From NCBI GenBank assembly GCA_963817895.1, contig CAWFQB010000008.1:1-64000 (forward strand): a DNA stretch of 64,000 nucleotides, written 5' to 3'. The notes under the pieces are model-generated. The model made no database searches. It was given only the letters and a program-made list of their open reading frames with translations, and was not told the DNA's origin. The position numbers and the translations under genes are program-made. Numbering within the stretch: position 1 is the stretch's first letter; each line of letters begins with the position of its first letter. Source of the DNA: an uncultured Chthonomonadaceae bacterium. GTDB lineage: Bacteria > Armatimonadota > Chthonomonadetes > Chthonomonadales > Chthonomonadaceae. This document shows positions 50,073-60,268 of this stretch, piece after piece.

Positions 50073-50196
50073 AGATACGAGATACGAGATACGAGATACG
50101 AGAACTCCAAAATACCGGCTTTTAGTAGTTCCTATTACTGCCGCTTCATTCAACACTTTGGGACTTCTCGTATCTCGTATCTCGTATCTCGTATCT
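50073..50196. repeat. Inverted pair of 7-nt tandem repeats (AGATACG)4
   Basis: 32-bp perfect inverted repeat, 50073-50104 / 50165-50196. Confidence 0.92.
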
Positions 50197-50220
50197 CTCC
50201 TATCGCGCAGGGTGGAACCC

Positions 50221-53200
50221 ATGCTCAAGTCTTACCAACGTCGCGCTTTTCTCGCTCTCGCTGTGGTTGCGCTGGAACCGATTGCCGTTCCTATTGCCCG
50301 CGCCGAAGAACCCAAAACCTCCGAACCCGAAACGCTGTGGGAAACGCTCAACCACGTTGACCGCAACGCCGACAAGAAAAACAAAGCCGCTGTGGACCCG
50401 GACGAGCCGACGATGGTTCCGCTCGGCGCGGTTCCCGGCTTCAGCCTGCCCTCGCTGGATCGCGTCGGCAGCACCGCGTATTCCACTTCAAACTCCAAAA
50501 AGAAAAGCTATCGCGGCCCGTTCGGGACTTTTTCCCGATTGTGGGACTCGTTCCTGACCTCGACCGGCAGCAAGGTAGACATCAAGGGCGATGCCTCCCT
50601 GTCCCTCCGGCAGGACAATGTTTCCGGCGGGGCGCAGGCTTCGCAAACGTATCAGGATCAGTATTATTACGGGCAGGGTTCCAACGGCATCTACACCAAC
50701 ACCAGTATGCACGTAGATGCCACCCTGTTCAAGTATTTCCACTACGACAGCACCATCAGCAACAGCCCTTACCGTTCGCCCGGTGAAAACCGCGTTAAAT
50801 TAGACTATAACACCAAATCAACGCGCTTTCAGGTGGGCGACATCAACGCGGGCTTTCAGGGCAACAGCCTGATTGACTTCAACCGCTACCTGAGCGGCGT
50901 CGAACTGGAAAACAAGTGGACGAAATCGCTCAAAACCACGATGCTGTTTTCGCACACCAAATCGGAAACCAAAACCCTTACGTCAGCGGGCAACGACTCG
51001 GCCGGTCCCTATTATCTGTTTTCCGGCCAGATCGTGGACGGCAGCGCGCACGTTCGCGTGGACAATCGCGACATGGTTCCGGGCAAAGATTATACGCTCG
51101 ACTCCAATACCGGCCTGCTTCAGTTCCTCAACGGCAACGTGGTTCTCCATTCGCAGACCATTGCCGTCACGTATGAGACGCAGGGCTACAACCAGTCGCA
51201 GGGAACCATCTACGGCTTCCGCACCCAGTACACCGCGCATGGCGGCAACAACGTCGGCCTGACCTATGTGACGCAGCAGACCCGCGCTCTGGCCGGAAAT
51301 TCGCAGCGGACACAGCAATTCTACGGCGTGGAAAACGCGGGCGGCACGTACACGATGGACTCGGCCATTGACAGCACCAAGCCGCTCGATGTCACCGTCA
51401 ACGGCGTGCCGCTGGCGCAGGGCAGCGCGGCGGCGGGCGAGTTCTGGCTCGACAGCGTGTTCCCTACCGTGATCCACATCCGCCAACCAATCCCCACCAC
51501 GCAGCAGGTGATTGTCAAATACGTGCCGCTGGACACCGATCCCAACCCCGGCAACCGCAGCGTGATGGGGCTTGACGGCCACCTGAGCATGGGCAAATGG
51601 GGCGGGCTGACGCTGGAATCGGCCTTTTCCGGGCTGGATTTGGGCAGCAAAACGTTCACGGGCAAAGCCGCGCAGGTACGCGCCGACCTGACGCCCCTGC
51701 GCAATCTGACAACCCGTATCACGGTTCGCGATGTGGGGGCCGCGTATTCTTCCATTCAAACGCCCGGCTTCAACCGCAACGAGAAATCGCTGGAAATCGG
51801 CGGCGATTACACCCCGATTTCGCGCCTGCACCTCAACTACGACTGGCAGAACGCCAAACGCCCCTCCTATACTTATGGAACCGGGGTCGTGACGGGATCG
51901 CAGTACAACATCATCAGCGCGGGCAACGACAGCTACAAGTCGTACACGCTTGGCGTCGCTTATGACGTCGCCCGCAACGCCAAACTCAGCCTGACCCGCA
52001 ACACGCTTGGAACGGATTACCTCGTCGGCGGCTTCAGCAAATCTACCAGCGACACGCTGGACTTCAACTGGACGTTCCACAAATTCTCCGTAGACACCGC
52101 CCTGAGCCGCAATGTCGCCGACACCAACGCGCCCAACGGCTATTACGGCGTCAGTCTGGCTCCTACAGCGACAGGTACAACCGCCACTACCGGCGCGTAC
52201 AATGCGCAGTCGTCCACGCTCACCAAGCGCATCGGCCTGACCTATACGCCGCTGAAATGGCTGAACCTGAACACCAGTCTGTCGGACAACGACATTCACA
52301 ATGCGGGAACGGGGTACACCGGAGCGCTGGCGCACACCAACGCGACGGACAAGCAAATCACGGCCCGCATCACGCCGGGACGCGGCCTCTCCTTCGTATA
52401 CTCCTATGACCTGTCGGATACGGGTACGGCCAACACGCTGGGGGCCGTAACGGGAACCGGAACCACCACAACCGGAACCGGGCTGACAGGAACCGGAACA
52501 ACGGGTACGACAACTACGGGAACCACAGGAACCACGACAACCGGCGTATCGGGAACAGGCGTGGCCGGAACGCGCATGTCGTTCTTCCGCCCCTGGATAA
52601 CGCCCATTACGCGGGACAACACCACCGGCAATACCACAACGGGCTTCGGCACAACAACTTTGCCAACCGTTCTGACGCCCGTTTCCAGTCTCGCGGGCGG
52701 CGGCATCAATTCCAATCTGGGCGCGGCGGGCAACTACAGCGGCTATCTGAACAACGGCTCCAACGTTCTGGGCGTGACCAGTCTGGGCGGGCGCAGTTCC
52801 ACCAACCGGTTCGGCATGGATTACGCGGTTTCCCATGCCCTGCACCTGAATATGAGCTACGATCTTGCCAGCAGCGTGGGCGATTACCAGTACAACAGCA
52901 ACCGCAACAACACCACGCTGGGCATGAACTACAATCCGTCCGACCGCTGGGCCTTCAACTTCAATATCAACGCGCAGAAGGTCGCCTACAACGGCACAAT
53001 CGGCGGCACGAACAGCAACACCATGCAGTTCGGGTTTACGGGCCGGCCCTTCGGCAACAAAATCAGCACCACGATCAACTGGCAGAGCGTTCGCAGCAAA
53101 AGCGCGCTGAATCTGGCCGGACTGACAACAGGGACAACGCCCACCGGAAGCATCACCGGAGGAACCGTGACGAATCCTCTGATCGCCTCCTCCAACAACT

Positions 53201-53472
53201 CCAACTCGAACTTGAATTCGCTCGGCGCGCGCATAGATGTTCCCGTTTCCAGCCGCTACACCCTGTTCGTGGACTGGCTGGCTTCCAACGCGACAGGCTA
53301 TCTCGGCAATACGGAAAGCGACCTGCGTTTCGGCACGGACATCTACCTTAATCAGGTACTCAAGTTCTCGCTCGGCTGGCAGACCGTCAACCGCGTCAAC
53401 ACCGACAGCACCCTTTCCAACTACAACTACCATTCCAGCAGCCTGCTCGCCGAATTCGGCCTGCACTTCTAA
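50221..53472 (+). CDS. Large exported, probable outer-membrane beta-barrel protein with Thr/Gly-rich inserts
   Basis: Signal peptide, amphipathic beta-strand pattern, C-terminal Phe (EFGLHF). Confidence 0.7.
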   Translation: MLKSYQRRAFLALAVVALEPIAVPIARAEEPKTSEPETLWETLNHVDRNADKKNKAAVDPDEPTMVPLGAVPGFSLPSLDRVGSTAYSTSNSKKKSYRGPFGTFSRLWDSFLTSTGSKVDIKGDASLSLRQDNVSGGAQASQTYQDQYYYGQGSNGIYTNTSMHVDATLFKYFHYDSTISNSPYRSPGENRVKLDYNTKSTRFQVGDINAGFQGNSLIDFNRYLSGVELENKWTKSLKTTMLFSHTKSETKTLTSAGNDSAGPYYLFSGQIVDGSAHVRVDNRDMVPGKDYTLDSNTGLLQFLNGNVVLHSQTIAVTYETQGYNQSQGTIYGFRTQYTAHGGNNVGLTYVTQQTRALAGNSQRTQQFYGVENAGGTYTMDSAIDSTKPLDVTVNGVPLAQGSAAAGEFWLDSVFPTVIHIRQPIPTTQQVIVKYVPLDTDPNPGNRSVMGLDGHLSMGKWGGLTLESAFSGLDLGSKTFTGKAAQVRADLTPLRNLTTRITVRDVGAAYSSIQTPGFNRNEKSLEIGGDYTPISRLHLNYDWQNAKRPSYTYGTGVVTGSQYNIISAGNDSYKSYTLGVAYDVARNAKLSLTRNTLGTDYLVGGFSKSTSDTLDFNWTFHKFSVDTALSRNVADTNAPNGYYGVSLAPTATGTTATTGAYNAQSSTLTKRIGLTYTPLKWLNLNTSLSDNDIHNAGTGYTGALAHTNATDKQITARITPGRGLSFVYSYDLSDTGTANTLGAVTGTGTTTTGTGLTGTGTTGTTTTGTTGTTTTGVSGTGVAGTRMSFFRPWITPITRDNTTGNTTTGFGTTTLPTVLTPVSSLAGGGINSNLGAAGNYSGYLNNGSNVLGVTSLGGRSSTNRFGMDYAVSHALHLNMSYDLASSVGDYQYNSNRNNTTLGMNYNPSDRWAFNFNINAQKVAYNGTIGGTNSNTMQFGFTGRPFGNKISTTINWQSVRSKSALNLAGLTTGTTPTGSITGGTVTNPLIASSNNSNSNLNSLGARIDVPVSSRYTLFVDWLASNATGYLGNTESDLRFGTDIYLNQVLKFSLGWQTVNRVNTDSTLSNYNYHSSSLLAEFGLHF

Positions 53473-53518
53473 CCAACACTGGCTGCCATACCTGTATAAT
53501 CCTGGAATATTAAAGATA

Positions 53519-53549
53519 GGCCGCTTGCTTTGAGTACGAGCAAGCGGCC
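53519..53549. terminator. Stem-loop after the large outer-membrane gene
   Basis: GGCCGCTTGCT...AGCAAGCGGCC. Confidence 0.55.
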
Positions 53550-53622
53550 ATCAGATTTGCTATACCCATTTCTGCTGAACAAGAACCGAACAGAGTATTC
53601 GCTATTCAACGAGAGGTAAGTT

Positions 53623-54357
53623 ATGAATTGGGTTTTGCATACGGAGAACTTCTGGCGTTCCTATTTTACTCTGAAGCCCGTTGACTTTTTCGAGGACGAC
53701 TTTGAAGTCCAGATAGCAGGTCTTGGTGAAGATTACACAATTCGCACAGATTTTATCAAGTGGGAGAGGGAGGGCAAAGAGCATTCCGCAGTGCGGCGCG
53801 TAGTTGAGTTTCCTTTCGTCTGCGGAGAGAACTTTACCCTGCTTCTTGAGTACGAGCCAGACACTTATGGATGTCAGAAAGAGCTGTTTCTTGTTGATGC
53901 GCGTTCTGGAACGAAAAGCAGGATGGGCTGGTGGGACTTGATATGCTGGCATCCTTACTGTTTACGATTAAGCGAATTTGAAATACTCTTACACTTCTGG
54001 AACCGATATGACCCATCGTGGTCAAACTCAGAAATTCCTCTGCTTCTACTCGGCGATTTTGTAGGTATATGCGATATTGCCGACCTTTACAGATTAAATG
54101 AGCGCTTCAAAACCGCCTTCCAAAATTTAGGGTTGCAAGGGTTTACCCCAGAGAAGACGACTGCCTCGCTTGAAATCAAGACAGATTACCGATGGGAAGT
54201 TGATGCTGAGCTCGGATGGATTTTCACAGGCGACTTATGCTGGAGTTACTCCATTCGCAATCGTCCTCACATGGAGGCTGATGAGAAAACGTTTCCCTTC
54301 CAACCTTTCCGTGAAATGTTAGCGCAGATTGAAGATCAGATTCGCAATGAAATTTGA
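53623..54357 (+). CDS. Hypothetical protein, low GC (possibly Imm19-like immunity protein)
   Basis: GAGG SD; 244 aa; YSIRN motif near the C-terminus. Confidence 0.55.
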   Translation: MNWVLHTENFWRSYFTLKPVDFFEDDFEVQIAGLGEDYTIRTDFIKWEREGKEHSAVRRVVEFPFVCGENFTLLLEYEPDTYGCQKELFLVDARSGTKSRMGWWDLICWHPYCLRLSEFEILLHFWNRYDPSWSNSEIPLLLLGDFVGICDIADLYRLNERFKTAFQNLGLQGFTPEKTTASLEIKTDYRWEVDAELGWIFTGDLCWSYSIRNRPHMEADEKTFPFQPFREMLAQIEDQIRNEI

Positions 54358-54488
54358 ATTAACTCGTCTAGATTAAATAGTTGTGACCTGTAAGCCTCTT
54401 GGCAAATGTTCTTCTCTGTGCTACACTAAATACAAATGGCACAGGCCGATAAAAACAGTATTTACCACATACGCGGGGAGGTAAAGCA

Positions 54489-54764
54489 ATGAACGCTTCG
54501 AAGTCGCGATACAGCAATGAGGAGATCGGGCGAATCGGGGAAGAACTCTATCGCCGCGATATTCGCCCACAGGTGATGCCGGAACACAAGGGCGAGTTTC
54601 TGGTTCTGGATATTGAAACCGGTGATTATGAGATGGGCGCGGACGACTTGCAAACGGAAAAATGCCTCCGCGCCCGTCGGTCTGATGGCGTTCTCTATGG
54701 TATCCGAATTGGCTATACTTCCGCTTACTCGCTGTCGGGAGGAATGGTGGAAGATCGCCCATGA
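54489..54764 (+). CDS. Small hypothetical protein (DUF5678-like)
   Basis: GEELY...HKGEFLVLDIETGDYE...IRIG; GGAGG SD. Confidence 0.7.
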   Translation: MNASKSRYSNEEIGRIGEELYRRDIRPQVMPEHKGEFLVLDIETGDYEMGADDLQTEKCLRARRSDGVLYGIRIGYTSAYSLSGGMVEDRP

Positions 54765-54810
54765 TGACCGGAATAGTCAACGAATTTCTGGAACCCACTC
54801 TGCCCCCGCA
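54761..54810 (+). pseudogene. 5' remnant of a clan AA aspartic protease gene
   Basis: ATGA-coupled start MMTGIVNEFLEP, then loss of similarity. Confidence 0.4.
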
Positions 54811-54890
54811 ACTATCTATTCTGCCTGCCCCGAATTTCTCTGTTTAAGCGTTGTCAGAATCGGACGATACCCGCTATAATAAGGGAGTGA

Positions 54891-56501
54891 ATGGAAACTT
54901 ACCCATCCGTTCGCTCCCTGTTTTGCTGTCAAGCCGTTTTCAGGAGGTTTCGCGCCATCAACGCTCCACGCTTATCCCGCTCTGCCTGTCATCGCCGCGC
55001 TTTCCGCCCCAAAGTCGGTTTCTTTTCTTTGCTGCCGCTTTCCCGCCTGCTGTTGCCGACGTGTGGCCTGCTGCTGCCGTTGTCTCTGGCGCAGGGCCAG
55101 CATACGTCCTATGCCGCCGCGACGCGACACAAGCAGGTTAATGCAGAAAAGGAGAAAAGGAGAAAAGGAGAAGAGGAGAGAAATGCGGACGCTACGCCGG
55201 ATGAAGAGGCGGATAGTGGAACCGATACGGGACAAACTACTCAGGATAATGCCCCCGATACGCTTCCGCGCCCAAACGACAATCTCAACGCGCAACGCTC
55301 AACGCTCAACGCTCCTCTGATTAAGTCCGCAAGCGCTATTTTGATTGACGCGGTATCAGGGCAGGTGTTGTATGAGAAGAACGCCGATCAGCCGCGTCCT
55401 ATGGCAAGCACGACGAAAATTATGACCGCGCTGCTGCTGTGCGAGCGCGTTCCGAACGAAGACACGCTGATTACCGCCAGCAAGGTTGCCGCGAGTACGC
55501 GGGAGAGTTCGCTGCATTTGAAGGCGGGGGAGAAGGTTTCGGCGCATGACCTGCTCCGCGCCATTCTGATGCGTTCCGCCAATGACGCCTGCGTCGCCGC
55601 TGCGGAAAATGTTGGCGGTAGCGTGTCCGGCTTTGCCGACCTGATGAATGCCCGCGCGCAACAGTTAGGCTGTACGCATACCCACTTTGTCAATCCGCAC
55701 GGCCTGCAAAACAAAGAACACTACACCAGCGCGCGTGACCTTGCTATGATTGCGCGGCAGGCCATACAGGAACCGCGCATCAGCGAGGTGACGCAACTGC
55801 GCAAATGCCGCATCAAGCGCTCGATGGACAAGTTCGACGTGACCATGCGCAACCACAGCCACAAGTTTCTGGAAAAGTATCCGGGCGCGGACGGCATTAA
55901 AACGGGCTGGACGGTTCCCGCCGGACACTGCTTTGTCGGCTCGGCCACCCACAACGGCTGGAAACTGATTGCCGTCGTGCTGAAAAGCCCCGATTTTGTA
56001 CAGGAAACGGGCGCGCTACTGAATTACGGGTTCGGGAGGTTTGAGCCTCGCTCCCTCGCCAAAGCCGGGGATGTTCAGTCCCCCTGCCCCGTGACGAATG
56101 GCGTTGCGCCCAATGTGTCCACGTCGGCGAAACAGGCGTTACAGGTCGTTCTGCCCAAAAACACATCACTGCCCACGCCCGTGATTCAAACCCATGTTAC
56201 CCTGCGCCCGCAAACCGCCCCGGTTAAGACCGGCGCGGAAGTGGGAACACTGGAAGCGCAAATTGACGGCAAGACCGTTTGCGCTACGCCCCTTGTCGCC
56301 ACAGCAAGCGTTCCCGTCGCCGTCGCGCCCGCTTTGCTGACCAAAAGCAAGGGTTCCGGTAAATCGTTATTATTTCTCACTTCCATTTTTCTTGCTGTCG
56401 TGGTATCCTTAAAGTATGGAAAAGGAATTACCACGTCTACAAAAAACGCTCGCCGCCGCTGGCGTCGCCTCAAGAAGAGCATGCGAGGCTCTTATCGCTG
56501 A
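54891..56501 (+). CDS. D-alanyl-D-alanine carboxypeptidase (peptidase S11); start uncertain
   Basis: MASTTKIMT, SAND, NPHGL, IKTGWT. Confidence 0.92.
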   Translation: METYPSVRSLFCCQAVFRRFRAINAPRLSRSACHRRAFRPKVGFFSLLPLSRLLLPTCGLLLPLSLAQGQHTSYAAATRHKQVNAEKEKRRKGEEERNADATPDEEADSGTDTGQTTQDNAPDTLPRPNDNLNAQRSTLNAPLIKSASAILIDAVSGQVLYEKNADQPRPMASTTKIMTALLLCERVPNEDTLITASKVAASTRESSLHLKAGEKVSAHDLLRAILMRSANDACVAAAENVGGSVSGFADLMNARAQQLGCTHTHFVNPHGLQNKEHYTSARDLAMIARQAIQEPRISEVTQLRKCRIKRSMDKFDVTMRNHSHKFLEKYPGADGIKTGWTVPAGHCFVGSATHNGWKLIAVVLKSPDFVQETGALLNYGFGRFEPRSLAKAGDVQSPCPVTNGVAPNVSTSAKQALQVVLPKNTSLPTPVIQTHVTLRPQTAPVKTGAEVGTLEAQIDGKTVCATPLVATASVPVAVAPALLTKSKGSGKSLLFLTSIFLAVVVSLKYGKGITTSTKNARRRWRRLKKSMRGSYR

Positions 56502-57997
56502 AGGCCGCGTCACGGTCAACGGCAAAGTGATACGCGAAATGGGCGCGAAACCCGACCCGGCTAAGGACGACATCCGCGTGGATGGGCAGCCTATCGGCGC
56601 TCAGGAAAAGCGTAAACCGCTTTATATCATGCTCAACAAGCCGGCAGGCTATACCAGCACGGTCAGCGATCCCCACGCGGAACGCGCCGTGCTGGACTTG
56701 CTGCTTCAGGTGGAAGAGCGCATCTATCCCGTCGGGCGTCTGGATGTGGACAGCGAGGGCATGCTCCTGCTGACCAATGACGGCGAGTTCGCTAACCGTC
56801 TCACCCACCCCCGCTACCATGTCCCCAAATTGTATCAGGTTCGGGCGCGCGGCTTTGTGGGCCGCGAGGCCGCCACGCGACTGGCTGAAGGCGTCGAGTT
56901 GGAGGACGGCATAACCGCGCCCGCCGAAGTGCGCTACATCGAGTACGATACGGCCACGCAGTCTACCATTATTGAAATCACGCTTTACGAGGGTCGTAAC
57001 CGGCAGGTGCGCCGCATGTTCGATCAGATCGGGCATCCGGTTCGGCAACTGACGCGAATTGGTTTCGGAACCCTGCGCCTGCAAAACCTGAATCCCGGCA
57101 CATGGCGCAAACTCCGTCCCGAAGAGGTGGACGCGCTGCTTGCCCTCGCGCAGCCTACCGCCACGCCGCCCAAATCCGCCCGCAAGCTGAAAGCCACCGG
57201 CCCCTACCGCCCACGCAATGCGGGGAAGATAGAAGAGGTGAAGAGGAGAAGAGGAGAAGAGGAGACAGGGGCCGGGAAAACTGTTGGCGCGCCGTCTATG
57301 CCGCCTGTTGCGAAAGCGGCTCCTAATGTGAGGCATGAGGAAGACCGAACGCAAAAGTCGGAAGACCGAACACCGAACACCGAACACCGAACACCGAACG
57401 TTCGGAAAACTGCGCCGGGTACGCAAACGGCGTCCGATGCGAAGTATGCGCCCATTTCCCGGCCTGTTTTTGCGCCTGATGCCGCGCCCCGCGTAAAACC
57501 GGCGTTTGGCGGTAAGCCTGCCCGTCCCGCAGGGAAACCTTTTGTCGGCAGACCTGCGCCGGTAGACGGGAACCGAAACGGCCCCGGAAACAGGCCCGCG
57601 CCCGGAAACGCCCCTGCTGGCCGAAACGCTTCTGCGCGAAACGCGCCTGCGGTCCGTCCCGCGTATGGGGCTGCAAAAGCGCCTGTCCCCACCCCGGTGT
57701 TTGAAGTGGGCAACCCGCGCTTTGCCAATCCGCTCAATAACCCCTTGCTCAAAGCCCGTCCCGCCAAATTCATGCCCTGCCCGCCCCGCGTCCGAAACAG
57801 GAAACAGTGAAGTAGGAAAACGGGGTAAGGGAAAAGGGAAAAACGGAAAGTCAATCGAAAATCGAAAATCGAAAATCGAAAATCCCAACGGCGCGGTGGA
57901 TTTCTCCTCCAACAGCACGGCGGGGCGCAAAGCCGGACTGCCGTTTCAGCCCCGGCCCAAGCAGGGGCATCGCGCGTTCGGGAGGGCCAAGCCATAA
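56416..57997 (+). CDS. rluB: 23S rRNA pseudouridine synthase RluB with a long low-complexity tail (stop at 57810 as sequenced, or 57997 if CCC at 57775 carries an extra base)
   Basis: S4 domain RLQKTLA.AGVASRR, LNKPAG, VGRLDVDSEG, EGRNRQVRRM. Confidence 0.88.
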
Positions 57998-58023
57998 AAC
58001 GCCAAAAATCGTTCGCGCCCAAC

Positions 58024-58977
58024 ATGCTGCTGCTGGCCTGCATCCTTCTGATTGGGTGGACGCTGCTGCACAAGTCCAAAAAGCCGACTATTTCCACGCC
58101 TGACACATCGGGCAGGATTGCTGCGACGGCTTCAACTCCGATGGTGGATGCAAACCTGCCCACGTTTCCGCTTACCGTAATGGATGGGCGGGGCAAATCC
58201 ATTACGATTAAAGCGTTGCCTGCGCACATTGTTTCGCTCGCGCCGAGCGTGACGGAGATTCTGTATGCGCTGAAACGTGGCGATCAGCTTGCGGCGGACA
58301 CGCCCTCGTGCGATTATCCGGCAGAAGCCAAACTGAAGTCGCATGTGGACCCGCTGAAAGGCGACCGCGAAAAGATCGAGGTGTATAATCCCGACCTGAT
58401 TCTCGCCGTTGACAAAATTGACAGCCCGAAACTGATTGCCGCATTGGAAAATGACGGCTTTCCGGTTGTCGTGATGAAGGCGGAAACTCTACAGGAAACC
58501 TATGACGGCATCAAATTGATGGGACAGGTGACCGGGCAGGTCACGGAAGCGGCGCGTATCGCGCAGGACATGCAGACGCGCATCGCCAAGGTGGAGAAAA
58601 CCGTCGGCGCGGCTCCCAACAAACCCGGCGTTCTGCTGATGTACAGCGACAATCCCATTTATACGACGGGCGCGAACAGCTACCTGACGGAAATTATTCA
58701 TAGCGCGGGCGGAACCAACATCGTGACGGAACCGCTCCCCTCCGAAGTAATCGCGCCGGAAAAAGTCGTTGAGCGGCAGCCGGACGTGATTATCTGCTCC
58801 AAAATGCTGATCCCCAAAGTGAAAACGTTGCCGGGTTGGAACGTGGTTCCCGCTGTGGCGCAAAATCGGTTCTTTCAAACGGGAACGGAGAGTTCGCTCG
58901 TGCGTCCCGGCCCGCGATTGGGACAGGCGGCGGAAGAACTGGCGCGTTACCTGCATCCCGAACTGTTTCCGAAATGA
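58024..58977 (+). CDS. ABC transporter substrate-binding protein (BtuF/iron-siderophore type)
   Basis: IVSLAPSVTEILYAL, CDYPAE, RPGPRL. Confidence 0.88.
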   Translation: MLLLACILLIGWTLLHKSKKPTISTPDTSGRIAATASTPMVDANLPTFPLTVMDGRGKSITIKALPAHIVSLAPSVTEILYALKRGDQLAADTPSCDYPAEAKLKSHVDPLKGDREKIEVYNPDLILAVDKIDSPKLIAALENDGFPVVVMKAETLQETYDGIKLMGQVTGQVTEAARIAQDMQTRIAKVEKTVGAAPNKPGVLLMYSDNPIYTTGANSYLTEIIHSAGGTNIVTEPLPSEVIAPEKVVERQPDVIICSKMLIPKVKTLPGWNVVPAVAQNRFFQTGTESSLVRPGPRLGQAAEELARYLHPELFPK

Positions 58978-60095
58978 CGGCTGATGTGACCACTGCCCCC
59001 GCCAAGCGCGTCACCGCAACCCTGTCAGGCGACCATCTGGCCGACCTGTGGCAGCGCAGGCGCGTGTTGTGGACGCTCCTGGCCCTGCTGCTGTCCATGA
59101 TTGTGATCAACATCGGCGCGGCTCCCAATGAAGTGGCCCTGCAAACGCCCGCGCCCGTTGTGATCGGCGTTATCGCGCAGCACATCCCGTTCATCGGCAA
59201 GCATATCACTTTGCCGCCCACTGTCCGTGATGTAGATCGCGGCATCGCGTGGAATATCCGCCTGCCCCGCGCTTTATGCGGCGTAGGCGTGGGGATTCTG
59301 CTGGCATTAGCAGGCGTGGCGTTCCAATCCCTGCTGATGAACCCGCTTGCCGACCCTTATACAACGGGCGTGGCGTCCGGTTCCGCGTTGGGAACCATCG
59401 CCCTGACCTTAGCGGGATATGCGGCGTACTGGGGCGGCTACGCGCTTGTGGGCGCGTCGTTCGCGTCGGGGTTGCTGGCGGTCAGCATCGTGTACCTGCT
59501 GGCGCGAATAAACGGGCGCGTGTCGGCGCAAACCTTTCTGCTGTCGGGAACCATTGTCGGTTCGTTCTTTTTCGCGCTGATTCCCCTGCTGCTGTCGCGC
59601 GCCGCCAATGGTGGCGGGGATGCCAAAGCCGTGATTATGTCCAGCCTGTTCGGCAGTTTGAACACGGTAGGCTGGCCGCAGGCGGGAATTCTCGCGCCCT
59701 TTTGCGTGTTGGGAGTTTTTCTGATGTGGCGCGGCTCGTCCGAACTGGACATGATGACGCTGGGCGAGGAGAGCGCAGCGCATCTCGGCGTGGATACCGA
59801 ATCCTTCAAGCGGCGCATCATAGTGCTTGGTTCCCTGCTCACGGCGGCGGCAGTCTCGGTTGCGGGCATCATCGCGTTTGTCGGTTTTCTGGTTCCGCAT
59901 CTCGCCCGCCGCCTTGTCGGTCCCAACCATCGCGATCTGGTATTAGCGTCCGCCCTGCTCGGCGGCTTCACGCTCACGCTGACGGATTACCTGTCCCGCG
60001 TGTGGCTGGACGACCTGCAAATCGGCGTGGTCACGTCCCTGCTCGGCGTCCCGTTCTTCTGCGCCCTGTTACGCCGCCGAATGTTAAAGGGCTAA
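58974..60095 (+). CDS. FecCD/BtuC-family ABC permease
   Basis: IRLPR, NPLADPY..GVASG, LGEESAAHLGVD, GIIAFVG..VPH. Confidence 0.92.
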   Translation: MTADVTTAPAKRVTATLSGDHLADLWQRRRVLWTLLALLLSMIVINIGAAPNEVALQTPAPVVIGVIAQHIPFIGKHITLPPTVRDVDRGIAWNIRLPRALCGVGVGILLALAGVAFQSLLMNPLADPYTTGVASGSALGTIALTLAGYAAYWGGYALVGASFASGLLAVSIVYLLARINGRVSAQTFLLSGTIVGSFFFALIPLLLSRAANGGGDAKAVIMSSLFGSLNTVGWPQAGILAPFCVLGVFLMWRGSSELDMMTLGEESAAHLGVDTESFKRRIIVLGSLLTAAAVSVAGIIAFVGFLVPHLARRLVGPNHRDLVLASALLGGFTLTLTDYLSRVWLDDLQIGVVTSLLGVPFFCALLRRRMLKG

Positions 60096-60104
60096 ATGCA
60101 AATC

Positions 60105-60245
60105 TTCACCACAGAGACACAGAGACACAGAGGTTTCACAGGGGGAGAGACGAGGCAAGGAAATGCTTATACGTAGGTTCTCCCTCTCTCTTATTTCTGT
60201 TCTTTTCTCTGTGACCCCTCTGTGTCTCTGTGTCTCTGTGGTGAA
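60105..60245. repeat. Inverted pair of 8-nt tandem repeats TTCAC(CACAGAGA)3
   Basis: 29-bp perfect inverted repeat, 60105-60133 / 60217-60245. Confidence 0.92.
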
Positions 60246-60268
60246 AAATTACTTTCGGGAGTCAGCGC

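Noticed and set aside
49840..50220. 127-aa N-terminal extension of the large outer-membrane ORF
   Set aside because: It is largely translation of the AGATACG repeat pair; the signal peptide starts at ATG 50221.
50983..53466. 827-aa antisense ORF and similar long shadow ORFs (e.g. 5629..6876, 56470..57930)
   Set aside because: Opposite to well-supported genes; expected from GC-rich codon bias; no motifs.
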